A stretch of DNA of 64,000 nt from Escherichia phage E26: the sequence record MN655998.1. One strand, given 5' to 3'. Position 1 is the stretch's first letter, and every line of letters begins with the position of its first letter. Of this stretch, positions 42,602 to 52,692 are shown piece by piece. The translations under genes and the position numbers were made by a program. The notes beneath the pieces are model-generated. The model was not told where the DNA came from. It worked only from the letters and a program-made list of their open reading frames with translations, and did not search any database.

Positions 42602-43440
42602 TGGCACGACTTTCTAAACAAGAACAAAAATTACACGATCGGGTGATGGAGTTGATTAATTCAGATCGCCCATTGACATATGAAGAAAAAGAATTTTGCT
42701 ATAATAACTATCATGGCGATGGGCTAGGTGGTTCCGGTGCATTCTTTACCCCAGAAGGGCTTGCATGGGATTTTACCATCGATGCACATTGCACAGGAAA
42801 AGTATTAGATCTTTGTGCTGGGATCGGTCGCTTATCTTTTTGTATGTTACATCGTTGTAAGTCAGAAAAGATCGTATGCGTCGAACTCAATCCAGAATTT
42901 GCGCGGATTGGCAAGCGACTATTACCGGAAGCAGAATGGATCACCAGCGATGTATTCGAATTTGAGTCAAACGAAAAATTCGATGTTGTAATTAGCAATC
43001 CACCTTTCGGGAAAATCAATACAACCGACACAAAGGATGTATTTGAGTACACTGGCGGCGAATTTGAATTTAAGGTTATGACGCTAGGGCAAAAGTTTGC
43101 CGATGTTGGCTATTTTATTGTTCCTGTGGGTTCCGCTGGTTTTGCTTATTCCGGCAGACCTTATTATGACGGGACCATGAAGTCTAATAAATATCTAAAA
43201 TGGAGCAAACAAACTGGTTTGGTGACTTATGCCGGATGTGGGATCGATACATCAATCTATCGCGATGAATGGCACAGTACCAACGTTTTAACAGAAGTGG
43301 TTGAGGTTCGGTATTACGAGAAAGAAGCCGTAGAAGCGCCTAAATCGCGTCCTAACAAACAAATAGAAGAAAGTAAGGAGATTACCTTACCGAAACAGGA
43401 AAGCGAGTCTGGGACGCTCTCAGATTTGTTTGGCATTTAA
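42601..43440 (+). CDS. orphan N6-adenine (amino) methyltransferase, gamma-class
   Basis: Motifs FFTP, VLDLCAGIGR (SAM binding) and VVISNPPFG (catalytic NPPF) in N6_Mtase-like order; no adjacent restriction gene. Confidence 0.7.
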   Translation: MARLSKQEQKLHDRVMELINSDRPLTYEEKEFCYNNYHGDGLGGSGAFFTPEGLAWDFTIDAHCTGKVLDLCAGIGRLSFCMLHRCKSEKIVCVELNPEFARIGKRLLPEAEWITSDVFEFESNEKFDVVISNPPFGKINTTDTKDVFEYTGGEFEFKVMTLGQKFADVGYFIVPVGSAGFAYSGRPYYDGTMKSNKYLKWSKQTGLVTYAGCGIDTSIYRDEWHSTNVLTEVVEVRYYEKEAVEAPKSRPNKQIEESKEITLPKQESESGTLSDLFGI

Positions 43441-43445
43441 TTATA

Positions 43446-43470
43446 AGCCGTCCTTGTGGGCGGCTTTTTT
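43446..43470 (+). terminator. rho-independent terminator closing the inserted cassette
   Basis: Hairpin GCCGTCC-TTGT-GGGCGGC followed by TTTTTT. Confidence 0.75.
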
Positions 43471-43480
43471 GTATGTATTT

Positions 43481-43488
43481 TATAAATA
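43481..43488 (+). promoter_or_regulatory. T4-type late promoter (TATAAATA)
   Basis: Exact TATAAATA 28 nt upstream of gene 9 start. Confidence 0.65.
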
Positions 43489-43515
43489 ATACATCATAAC
43501 ATGAGGAATTAAACA

Positions 43516-44370
43516 ATGGCACAAGTTCCAAAGAAAAGAATAGACACCGGTACTGTCGGCAATCCATCGACTGGCGATATCTTATATGATGGCGGCAATA
43601 AAATTAACGATAACTTTGATTCAATATATGACGCATTTGCTGATCAGCGGTTTAAAGACGTAGACCACGGTGTGGGAAGAATGGTTATTCATGCAACCGG
43701 ATACTATCAGAAGCATCCACGTCAAAGCTACGCGGGTTCCGCTGTTGAGATTGGGAGTCTACACGATATCGATACAACTCAAGGCGCACTTATTGCTATT
43801 CTACCTAAAGCAAAGGTCGGCGAGGGTGTTGTATTCATAAATAGTAACGGTAGCCTTTCAACGACGACACCGCTCAATATTCGAACTCAAGCAGGTGATT
43901 CTATTAGCGGTTATTCCGGTGATGCTACAATAACACAACCATTTTCAAAAGTCACTGTTTGGTGTACTGCCGTTGAAGGTAGTCGCGTAACGTGGCGATT
44001 GGGTATCGAAAGTATGTTTACCGATACAACAACGCCATTAGATAAAACAGTTAACGTAACTGGAGTAGCAACAAACGTTGCTATTGCCGCAAAAACAGAA
44101 TACGTTTCCATCAAATTATTAACTACCGCTAGCAATACATCCGGTTCAAAAATGCGTTCAAGTGAAACGCTACTGATGATTGATTCTAAAGCCGGAAAAG
44201 TTTATGCGACGGAATATGCAGTTTTGCAGAAGACAGAAGATGAACTATACATGGTTCGTTATTTCATCGGTTCCGGCGATAAAGTATATGCAGAGTATAA
44301 GGCTACTGGCGAAAATATTCGTTTAGCAGTTAAAGCCGTAGACACTATTAAAATCGGGGTTGCTACATGA
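43516..44370 (+). CDS. 9: baseplate wedge tail fiber connector gp9
   Basis: Synteny and size (284 aa vs about 288 in T4). Confidence 0.75.
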   Translation: MAQVPKKRIDTGTVGNPSTGDILYDGGNKINDNFDSIYDAFADQRFKDVDHGVGRMVIHATGYYQKHPRQSYAGSAVEIGSLHDIDTTQGALIAILPKAKVGEGVVFINSNGSLSTTTPLNIRTQAGDSISGYSGDATITQPFSKVTVWCTAVEGSRVTWRLGIESMFTDTTTPLDKTVNVTGVATNVAIAAKTEYVSIKLLTTASNTSGSKMRSSETLLMIDSKAGKVYATEYAVLQKTEDELYMVRYFIGSGDKVYAEYKATGENIRLAVKAVDTIKIGVAT

Positions 44371-46169
44371 AACAATTAATTAATATCGGTAACGTTGTTG
44401 ATGACGGTACAGGTGATTATTTAAGAAAAGGTGGTCAAAAGATTAATGACAACTTTTCTGAACTTTATACTAAGCTGGGGGATGGTGATATCCCTCATGC
44501 ATCCGGCGCGTGGAAAACTCACACACAACCAGTATTAAAACCAAATTTTGGTGATGCATGGGCGATTAATACAACGAACAACTCTGTTTCTGTTGAATTG
44601 CCTAAAGGAAGCGCGAGTGATTACAATAAAACAATTAAACTTCGTGATGTTTGGCGCTCATGGGCTGCACATAACGTAACATTGAAGCCAGCACAAGGTG
44701 ATACCATTAAGGGATCTCCAATCGACCGTGAGTTGTATAAAGATTTCATGGATGTTGAATTGGTTTATTGTGCTCCTGGACGTTGGGAATATGTCGAAAA
44801 TAAACGAGTAGATACTATCACCACTTCCGATTTAAGCACAGTCGCCAAAGAAGTTTATATTGCAACCGAAGGACAAACAGACTTCCCCAATGTGTTTGGT
44901 TCCAATACTTACAATATTCGAAATGTTGAAGTGTATTATCGCGGTAACTTGCTTTATTATGGCAAGGATTTAACCGATGATTCTAACTATGGTTCAATCG
45001 GTGAAAACGGTGATATTGTTCCGCTGGACGGTAAAAGCATTAAATTACGCTTCCCTTGTTCGGCGGGTGATACCATTCAAATCATAACTTATATGGACGG
45101 TATCGCATCCTTCCGGTCAAGCTATATTACTCATACAATCCGCGTTTATGAAACAGGAATGACCACTTTGGAATCCATCCCTGGTGAAGTTTGGGTTGGT
45201 GAACTAGCTAATAAGAAAGAATTTACTAATGCTGAATTAGGCGTAAGTAAGCGAGATCTTATTAATCCAAATTCATTTGAATTGCTAATCAACGGCACAC
45301 AAATGATTAAAGCGGGTGATGCGGATTTACCTTCCTTTATTTGTGAAGGCGCTGACGGTGAAACGGAAGAAACCTGCGTACTTGCTGGCGGTCAATGGGT
45401 GGAATCTGGGGAAGATTATTCATTGATGTTCGACGAAAACAGCGTGGTGACTGGTATTAAATTATCTAAAGCACTAGATAACCGAGATACTATCACAATT
45501 CGCTGGTTTAATAATGATATCGGAACATTAATGGAATGGGACGGTGTAGGCGGTATTAAAGAAAAAGCAGATAAAATCTATCTTAATAACGAAGATGAAG
45601 TTACTCTGACAAATCGAATTGAATATACCGATTTCCAGAATCCAAGCCAAGCAACTAAACGCCCAATGGAAGATTATACAGGTCGTGTGATGGATATCTA
45701 TTCCATATTCGATATTTTCTATCCTATAGGCACAATTTATGAAAATGCGCATAACCCAGCTAACCCAGCGACCTATATGGGATTTGGTACATGGGTACGG
45801 TATGCGGAAGGTGAATTTTTGGTTGGTTGGTCATCCGATGCAAGCGATCAAAACTTCGCACTAAACAATAACGATCTTGATACACATGGTCAACCTACAC
45901 ACACCGCAGGTGGTAACGGTGGTGATGTTGCATATCAGATCAAGAAAAATATGATTCCTGAATTACAGAGCAGCGATCGAGTTCTTGTAAAAGATGATAA
46001 CGGAAATATTATTATCGGTGGTTGTCAGGTAGATCCTGATGCAGTAGGTCCAGCGTTTACCAAATATCGCGAAGATAATGTTAAAGTTAATCAGGGAAAT
46101 ACTGACCCATCAATGATGGGTATTCTTCCTCCATACAGAACTGTCTATCGTTGGCTAAGGGTAGGTTAA
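44367..46169 (+). CDS. 10: baseplate wedge subunit and tail pin gp10
   Basis: Synteny and size (600 aa). Confidence 0.8.
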   Translation: MKQLINIGNVVDDGTGDYLRKGGQKINDNFSELYTKLGDGDIPHASGAWKTHTQPVLKPNFGDAWAINTTNNSVSVELPKGSASDYNKTIKLRDVWRSWAAHNVTLKPAQGDTIKGSPIDRELYKDFMDVELVYCAPGRWEYVENKRVDTITTSDLSTVAKEVYIATEGQTDFPNVFGSNTYNIRNVEVYYRGNLLYYGKDLTDDSNYGSIGENGDIVPLDGKSIKLRFPCSAGDTIQIITYMDGIASFRSSYITHTIRVYETGMTTLESIPGEVWVGELANKKEFTNAELGVSKRDLINPNSFELLINGTQMIKAGDADLPSFICEGADGETEETCVLAGGQWVESGEDYSLMFDENSVVTGIKLSKALDNRDTITIRWFNNDIGTLMEWDGVGGIKEKADKIYLNNEDEVTLTNRIEYTDFQNPSQATKRPMEDYTGRVMDIYSIFDIFYPIGTIYENAHNPANPATYMGFGTWVRYAEGEFLVGWSSDASDQNFALNNNDLDTHGQPTHTAGGNGGDVAYQIKKNMIPELQSSDRVLVKDDNGNIIIGGCQVDPDAVGPAFTKYREDNVKVNQGNTDPSMMGILPPYRTVYRWLRVG

Positions 46170-46170
46170 T

Positions 46171-46815
46171 ATGATTTCGAAAACACGTTCAAAAGCTAGT
46201 GTATTTTCCAGCGATGCGGCGTTTATTTCATACGATCCAGGATCGAAAGATCCTGTTATCGGTGGTTCTCGTCCAATTGGTGGCGTTAATGTCGATCAAT
46301 CAAGAAAAGGTTCCTATGTGAGCAACGTTCAATCTGCAATTGATGACCTTTATTCATTGTCAATGATCCGAATTGGTGATGTGTTGGTTACAACCAACTC
46401 AACTCCACCACAAGCCGCAGGACAGATTGAAACTCTGTCATTTTCTGGTTCTGTTAACAATCAGCATAATCCAGACGCAAACAAAGTATTAATTGATGTT
46501 TTGGGTTATCCATTTATTGTTGATGTTGGGTCTTCCGGCGTTTCTCTATGTGAGAAAGTAACGGAAAAATTTACCGAACTAATGAATAAAAACATTATGT
46601 TCAAAGAAGTAAAAAGAAAAGGAAGTAGCAACGACCAATTAGAAATTCATTATATCGATTCTCTTGAACATCCACCAACCGATATTAACAAGTACGGAAT
46701 TACAATCACAGGAAATGTTGATTCTCCTGCTCGTGTTGGTTATGGTTCATGGTCTCGAATGGGTACAGAAGAGAAATTTGGAACTACCCTATATTATTTC
46801 AAACGTATTGCATAA
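46171..46815 (+). CDS. 11: baseplate wedge subunit and tail pin gp11
   Basis: Synteny and size (214 aa). Confidence 0.75.
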   Translation: MISKTRSKASVFSSDAAFISYDPGSKDPVIGGSRPIGGVNVDQSRKGSYVSNVQSAIDDLYSLSMIRIGDVLVTTNSTPPQAAGQIETLSFSGSVNNQHNPDANKVLIDVLGYPFIVDVGSSGVSLCEKVTEKFTELMNKNIMFKEVKRKGSSNDQLEIHYIDSLEHPPTDINKYGITITGNVDSPARVGYGSWSRMGTEEKFGTTLYYFKRIA

Positions 46816-46826
46816 GGTGATGTATA

Positions 46827-48227
46827 ATGGCAAACAATACTATTAACCATGTAAAAGACGATGCTCAATACGTCAAGTTTAACCCTGTAAATGATTGGCC
46901 TCAAAGCATTACCAACGTACAAGCGGCTTTAGCCGCTATTAATGGCTTTGCCGTAAATGGATTACCGGACGCTACGGAAGATACAGCCGGGATCGCTGCA
47001 ATCGCAACTCAGGAAGAAGTAAACGACGGGACAGTAGACAATAAGATCGTGACTCCAAAAACACTGGCTGTTAAAATGTCACGTCCAGATGCCACAAAAG
47101 AAGTAAAAGGCATTACCCGATTTGCCACGATGGAAGAATCGCTGCAAGAGAGCAACGAGAACATAGCAATCGGTCCAGACACACTAAACCATTACTTCAC
47201 CACTAAAAAGGCGTCAGAGAGCGTTCAGGGGACTATTAAGATATGTTCTCTTGAGGCGGCAAAGATTGGCAGTGATGACACAATGGCAGTAACACCGAAA
47301 AAGATGCACACTGCCATTGCACAGATTGTACCTGGATTAATTCCAGATCAAAACACAGCAACCGAAAGCGCACAGGGTTTAGTTCAGTTAGCAACCAATG
47401 CGCAAGTTTTACAAGGCCAGATTCGAGAAGGTTTTGCAATTAGTCCTTATGCATTTGCAAATGCTCGCGCCAATGAGAATCAGGCGGGTACTGTTAAGAT
47501 CGCCAGTCAGTCACAGATGAATGCTGGTTCAGATGATACTGTAGTTGTTTCTGCTAAGAAGTTTGCAAGCACTAAGGCAACAACGTCTCAATACGGTATT
47601 GTTAAACTACGAGACACCGTGGGAAGTGAGGCTAACGCTGCACTATCAGCAAATGCTAAGGTTCTTCCTAGCACTGGCGGTACGGTAAGCGGAAACGTCT
47701 ATAAAGGTTCAAACTCAGACGGCAACCAGTTTGTTACTAAAAATGAATTAGCGAATCACGCAATGCCAATTGGTGGTATTATCCTTTCTGGATTCAATGC
47801 CGATCGAGGTGACTTTCTGATCTGTAATGGTCGTTCGCTGAATAAAAATCAATATCCGCAATTATTTTCTGCGATTGGTTATACCTTTGGTGGTTCAGGT
47901 GACAATTTTAACATTCCTGATATGCGCGGTTTAGTTGCTCGTGGTTGCGATCATGGAAGAAACCTTGATCCAGGTCGTCGATTTGGTTCTTATCAAGAAG
48001 ACGCAATGCAGAGAATTACTGGTAAATTCCCTGTAGCTGACCGCTGGCGCGGTTGGTATGGTGGAGCATTTACTGCACAGCGCGGTCAATGGAGCACGAA
48101 CTATAAAAACGGTGGTGGTGATGATTGGGGTACTACTGTTAACTTTGACTCAGGAAGATCCGTAAGAACGGCTAACGAGACTCGCGTCAAGAGTCTGGCA
48201 TTAAACTATATCATAAGGGTGCGCTAA
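46827..48227 (+). CDS. 12: short tail fiber gp12
   Basis: Repeated (Q/K)GxVx(L/I)A(T/S)xxE/Q motifs in N-terminal half typical of gp12; synteny. Confidence 0.75.
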   Translation: MANNTINHVKDDAQYVKFNPVNDWPQSITNVQAALAAINGFAVNGLPDATEDTAGIAAIATQEEVNDGTVDNKIVTPKTLAVKMSRPDATKEVKGITRFATMEESLQESNENIAIGPDTLNHYFTTKKASESVQGTIKICSLEAAKIGSDDTMAVTPKKMHTAIAQIVPGLIPDQNTATESAQGLVQLATNAQVLQGQIREGFAISPYAFANARANENQAGTVKIASQSQMNAGSDDTVVVSAKKFASTKATTSQYGIVKLRDTVGSEANAALSANAKVLPSTGGTVSGNVYKGSNSDGNQFVTKNELANHAMPIGGIILSGFNADRGDFLICNGRSLNKNQYPQLFSAIGYTFGGSGDNFNIPDMRGLVARGCDHGRNLDPGRRFGSYQEDAMQRITGKFPVADRWRGWYGGAFTAQRGQWSTNYKNGGGDDWGTTVNFDSGRSVRTANETRVKSLALNYIIRVR

Positions 48228-49996
48228 TGATTGAACAATTAAACATCCACGAGATCCCACATGTTGACGGTGTACCAAGCGAAGGACAGCACCGTATTAA
48301 CTGGATCAAGAATGGCGAATGTTTAAGCGCAGCAACGACACAGACTGGCAATGACGGGACGCTTAACCGCGCCCCTGTTGCAATTCAAGAAAACGTTGCA
48401 CGCGTAAACGAAAACGCAAAATCAACCGTCGCTAAAGTTAACGAGGTTGTAACGGCGGTTAACGATATTAAAACAACTTTAGGGGTAATTTCTGACGGAA
48501 GTATCATTGATGTGGTTAACCAGACTGTCGCAAAAGTTGAATCCGTCGAAGAGAACTTAGGAGAAACAGCAAGAACTCTGCAAACAACGGTAGACGCTGT
48601 GTCAGAACTTAACATCAAGATTGGTGATCGCCCCGCTGCCGATCCGAGCACAAGAACAATCTATGATGACATTTCTTTCATCAAACAAGAAATGGGTTCT
48701 TATCCTAACTTTAATATCAATGGTTCCCCTGATGCTGGCAGTTCCGGTTCTGGCATCAAATACCGAGTTATTCAGAATACCGCAGCATTAAATGACCACG
48801 GTCGCCGAATCGTTCAGCTTGAAAACGACTGGCAAGATTCTGACGTAGGCGAGTTAACAAGACAAGTTAACAAAATGCGCAGTGAGATCGGAGACACGTC
48901 TCTTGCCACACAAGAAAATGTGTATGTTCGTCTCCGCACCAACGCAAGAAACATTGCTAACTTATCAAACGAAGTTCTAGAAGTCAAGAAAGCAATTTTG
49001 TTTGATTCAATCCCTGATATCGGGACTAAAGTCACTACGCTGGGAACTAATTATGAACGTCTAAACAATGATGTTAATGGTGTAGATTCCGGTATTCGTC
49101 CTCGTCTTCTGGCTGTCGAGAATAAGATCGGAACGCCTCAATCGGCTGGAAGCATTGATTATCGATTAACCAACACAGAGCGAGAATTTTTAGATCTTAA
49201 ACAGGTTGTTGGTGTAAGCGGTGCTGACGGTTTGCGCGGTGAAGTTGTTCGACTTTCCAATGAGATTGGCACTGACAGCGATCGACATACTCTAGCCGGA
49301 CGTATTAAAGTTGTAGAAAACACTCAGGGTCGGTTAGAAGCAAGCGTACAGGACATGGAACAGATTGTAGGTGATCGCGAATCAGGTTTGACCGCTGGCG
49401 TTATTAAACTATCAAGTGATATCTATGGCGATGATGGTTCAGAAGATCCATTTACTCAGAAAGGCGTGATTAAAATCGTCAAAGAGCTACAAACATCTAA
49501 CGGAAACAAAGTAGATGATGTACCTGATGACGGTTTTCATTATCTGCGTAAGCACGGCGAATGGGTGCAAGTTGCATATGCTGCTGGAGCATTTAAAAAT
49601 ACCGCAGATATTACGGTTGAACTTGACGAACAGGATGTTTATAAACCGATTCCGCTAAACGATATGACCGAAGAAGTTCCTGCGCGTGGAATGGTTAAGA
49701 GCGAATCTCTTGTTACGGTTAACGACAAAGGCTTATTCCGTTGTGATTTCCGTTGTTCTGTAAATGCGGCACATAACGCTACTTTCGTAGTCGGTATTGC
49801 TAAAAATGGTCTGATTGTACATGAGGTACGAAATGGTCATTATGGAGCTGATGATTTAATTAGCTATTCTACCAGTGCTTTCCTAAATATTGAAAAGGGC
49901 GACCGGATCGATATTCGCATTAAGGGCGTATCCGAAGAAGCATTAGCGCAACAGCTACAAATTAAAGAGTTCCTCTTTGGGATTTCTCCGGTATAA
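48227..49996 (+). CDS. wac: fibritin (whisker) Wac
   Basis: 589 aa, long coiled-coil-like repeats, between gene 12 and gene 13. Confidence 0.7.
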   Translation: MIEQLNIHEIPHVDGVPSEGQHRINWIKNGECLSAATTQTGNDGTLNRAPVAIQENVARVNENAKSTVAKVNEVVTAVNDIKTTLGVISDGSIIDVVNQTVAKVESVEENLGETARTLQTTVDAVSELNIKIGDRPAADPSTRTIYDDISFIKQEMGSYPNFNINGSPDAGSSGSGIKYRVIQNTAALNDHGRRIVQLENDWQDSDVGELTRQVNKMRSEIGDTSLATQENVYVRLRTNARNIANLSNEVLEVKKAILFDSIPDIGTKVTTLGTNYERLNNDVNGVDSGIRPRLLAVENKIGTPQSAGSIDYRLTNTEREFLDLKQVVGVSGADGLRGEVVRLSNEIGTDSDRHTLAGRIKVVENTQGRLEASVQDMEQIVGDRESGLTAGVIKLSSDIYGDDGSEDPFTQKGVIKIVKELQTSNGNKVDDVPDDGFHYLRKHGEWVQVAYAAGAFKNTADITVELDEQDVYKPIPLNDMTEEVPARGMVKSESLVTVNDKGLFRCDFRCSVNAAHNATFVVGIAKNGLIVHEVRNGHYGADDLISYSTSAFLNIEKGDRIDIRIKGVSEEALAQQLQIKEFLFGISPV

Positions 49997-50004
49997 GAAA
50001 TTAA

Positions 50005-50026
50005 AGGGGCGTTAAGCCCCTTTTTC
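50005..50026 (+). terminator. rho-independent terminator after wac
   Basis: Hairpin AGGGGC-GTTA-AGCCCCT followed by TTTTT. Confidence 0.7.
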
Positions 50027-50042
50027 GTTTATAGGTGATATT

Positions 50043-50975
50043 ATGTCAGGATATGTAACCAATAACCCAAGAGAATTAAAAGACGCTATTCTGCGTCGTT
50101 TAGGCGCACCAGTAATTAACGTAGAAGTAACAGAAGACCAGATTTACGATTGTATTCAGAGAGCATTAGAACTCTATGGGGAATATCATTTCGATGGTGT
50201 GAATAAAGGATATAAAGTATTTCGTGTCAGTGCAGAGCAAGCGCAACATGGGGTATTTGATTTAAGCGATTCTGGAGTATTCGCAGTAACTAAAATAATT
50301 AGAACAAACGTAGGTAGCGCGGCTACGATGGATGGCACTGCCGTTTATCCGTGGTTTACTGACTTTCTGTTGGGTTTAGCGGGTGTAAATGGCGGTTTAG
50401 GATCTGGCTGTAGTAAATTTTATGGACCAAATGCAATGGGCGGTGATCTGGGATATTTCGAACAGCTTATGAGCTATCGAGCCACTATGCAAAATATGCT
50501 TAATCCGCTGCCAGATTATTGGTATAATAGCGCAAACGGACAACTTAAGATCACAGGAAACTTCCGAGAAGGCGATCTCATTGTTGTTGAATTGTATGTT
50601 AAAAGTTATGTTGATGTACCGGACATGATGGGGGCGGTTGCTGGTTATGCTCATGCGGGAGGATGTTCTACCGCTGGCGGGATTAGCGCCGTTTATGATA
50701 ATCCAACCGCCGGATTGAGCGGTATTGTTGCTGGCATGGGTCCGATCAGCGAGAACAAACAGGGCGCATATAATAACCGCTGGGTTAAAGACTGCGCGAC
50801 CGCGTTTACTCGTGAGCTATGGGGGCAGATCTTAGCTAAACATCAAGGGTTGCAATTACCAGGTGGTGTAACAGTTGATGGTGTCAGAATCATCGAAGAA
50901 GCACGCGCGGATATTGAGAAATTACGACAAGAATTGGAATTACTAGACCCACCGTTTGGGATCATTATGGTTTAA
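50043..50975 (+). CDS. 13: neck protein gp13
   Basis: Synteny and size (310 aa vs 309 in T4). Confidence 0.8.
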   Translation: MSGYVTNNPRELKDAILRRLGAPVINVEVTEDQIYDCIQRALELYGEYHFDGVNKGYKVFRVSAEQAQHGVFDLSDSGVFAVTKIIRTNVGSAATMDGTAVYPWFTDFLLGLAGVNGGLGSGCSKFYGPNAMGGDLGYFEQLMSYRATMQNMLNPLPDYWYNSANGQLKITGNFREGDLIVVELYVKSYVDVPDMMGAVAGYAHAGGCSTAGGISAVYDNPTAGLSGIVAGMGPISENKQGAYNNRWVKDCATAFTRELWGQILAKHQGLQLPGGVTVDGVRIIEEARADIEKLRQELELLDPPFGIIMV

Positions 50976-50984
50976 TGTTTACAA

Positions 50985-51021
50985 TCCGTTCTCGTTTATG
51001 TATAATCAAGGCGAGAACGGA
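50985..51021 (+). promoter_or_regulatory. 10-bp stem-loop upstream of homing endonuclease start
   Basis: TCCGTTCTCG/CGAGAACGGA stem; loop contains TATAAT-like hexamer; RBS lies just 3' of stem. Confidence 0.5.
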
Positions 51022-51036
51022 TATAGGAGTTTAACA

Positions 51037-51933
51037 ATGAATCATTATGTGTATAAAATAACCAACAAATTAAATGGTAAAATCTATATCGGCGTCCGTA
51101 GCTGTGATTGCGATATCGACAAAGATCCTTATATGGGTAGTGGGGTATTAATTAAAAAAGCTATCCATACTCATGGAGTTGAAAATTTTCACAAAGAAAT
51201 TCTCGAAACATTTGAAACAAGAGAAGAAGCTAATCAAGAAGAAGCCAGATTAGTGACACTAGATTTTGTTAACCGACAAGACACATACAATCTAATTGAA
51301 GGTGGTCTGGGTGGTTGCTACTGGAATACATTTTCAGAAGAAAAAAAGGAAGAGATCAAGAACAAATTAAGACAACATAAACCAGATCCAGAACAATTAA
51401 GAAAATTACATGAATCAAATAGAGGCGTTCCGCGTTCGGAAGAGACTAAATTGAAAGTTAGCCGAGCAAATAAAGGAAGAATCCACACGGAGCAGTCAAG
51501 AAAAAACATGTCCGAAGGGCGAAAAGGTATGGTGTTTTCAGAAGAACACAGAAAAAATATATCAAAAGCAAATGTAGGACGTGTACATTCTCCAGAAACA
51601 TTGGAAAAAATAAGATTAGGGAATTTAGGAAAAAAATTAAAACCAGAAACAATAGAAAAACTAAGAGAGGTTGCCAAGAATCGTCCTCCTGTCTCAGAAG
51701 AAACAAGAAGAAAACTATCAGAGGCAGCAAAGAAACAAATAAGAAACTTCGGGGATAAAATAAGTAAAGGGAAAATAGATAAACCTATATCAACGAGCAA
51801 AACAGTGTATGCGGAAGGTGTTGAATATCCTTCTGTTAGTGTTTGTGCAAGGGCATATGGGATTTCAAACACATCAATATTGAAGAGAATTAATTCAACG
51901 TCAGAAAAATGGAAGGAGTTTTATTATGTTTGA
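51037..51933 (+). CDS. GIY-YIG homing endonuclease (Seg-like) with tandem NUMOD3-type repeats
   Basis: N-terminus [17 protein letters not shown] is a GIY-YIG motif; repeated ExxKxKxS/R units; ATG at 51037 with AGGAG RBS. Confidence 0.8.
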   Translation: MNHYVYKITNKLNGKIYIGVRSCDCDIDKDPYMGSGVLIKKAIHTHGVENFHKEILETFETREEANQEEARLVTLDFVNRQDTYNLIEGGLGGCYWNTFSEEKKEEIKNKLRQHKPDPEQLRKLHESNRGVPRSEETKLKVSRANKGRIHTEQSRKNMSEGRKGMVFSEEHRKNISKANVGRVHSPETLEKIRLGNLGKKLKPETIEKLREVAKNRPPVSEETRRKLSEAAKKQIRNFGDKISKGKIDKPISTSKTVYAEGVEYPSVSVCARAYGISNTSILKRINSTSEKWKEFYYV

Positions 51934-52666
51934 TAATACCCTATTTGCTCGCCTTGAATCGCAAAAGGATTATGAGAATACACGACAATCAGAGATTCTT
52001 AATCCTTATGTGAACTTTCACAAATATACAAATACTCAGACGTTAGCCGACGTTATGGTCGCCGAAGCTATTCAGATGCGAGGTGTAGAATTATATTACA
52101 TCCCTCGTGAATTTGTCAAACCAGACATGATCTTTGGCGAGGATGTTCAAAGCAAATTTACTAAAGCATGGAAATTTGCTGCTTATATTAACTCATTTGA
52201 TGGGTATGAAGGCGCGGGTAATTTCTTCTCTAGTTTCGGTTATCAAGCCAATGATGAACTAACTTTTACGGTTAATCCTAACCTATTCAAACATCAAGTA
52301 GATGATCAAGAGCCAAAATCAGGTGACTTGATTTATATTCCAATGAGTAATGATTTATTTGAAATCAATTACGTCGAGCCATATCAGCCGTTTTTTCAGG
52401 CTGGCAAAAATGCCATGCGTAAAATTATTGCAGAGAAATTCGTATATAGCGGCGAGGAATTGCGACCAGAATTACAACGCAATGAGGGAATTAATGTTGA
52501 TGAGTTTGCGGATCTGGATCTTGCACCGATCACTAATCTGGACGGGTTAACAGATATCAACTTAGATCAGTACAAAGAAGATAAGCAATTCAGAAGCGAA
52601 GGACAAGATTTTATTGATCCGTTTGATCCTATTAATGGCAAGGGTTCACCTTTCGCCGATTTTTGA
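51926..52666 (+). CDS. 14: neck protein gp14
   Basis: Synteny and size (246 aa). Confidence 0.75.
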   Translation: MFDNTLFARLESQKDYENTRQSEILNPYVNFHKYTNTQTLADVMVAEAIQMRGVELYYIPREFVKPDMIFGEDVQSKFTKAWKFAAYINSFDGYEGAGNFFSSFGYQANDELTFTVNPNLFKHQVDDQEPKSGDLIYIPMSNDLFEINYVEPYQPFFQAGKNAMRKIIAEKFVYSGEELRPELQRNEGINVDEFADLDLAPITNLDGLTDINLDQYKEDKQFRSEGQDFIDPFDPINGKGSPFADF

Positions 52667-52692
52667 TAAATACTCATAAACAAGGGGGTCAA

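Larger units (their letters stand above)
50976..51933 (+). mobile_element. freestanding homing endonuclease insertion between genes 13 and 14
   Basis: GIY-YIG endonuclease ORF plus upstream hairpin fills a junction that is contiguous in T4. Confidence 0.6.

Noticed and set aside
51318-51872. 184-aa and 90-aa ORFs on the minus strand
   Set aside because: Antisense to the lysine/glutamate-rich repeats of the homing endonuclease; low-complexity mirror frames.
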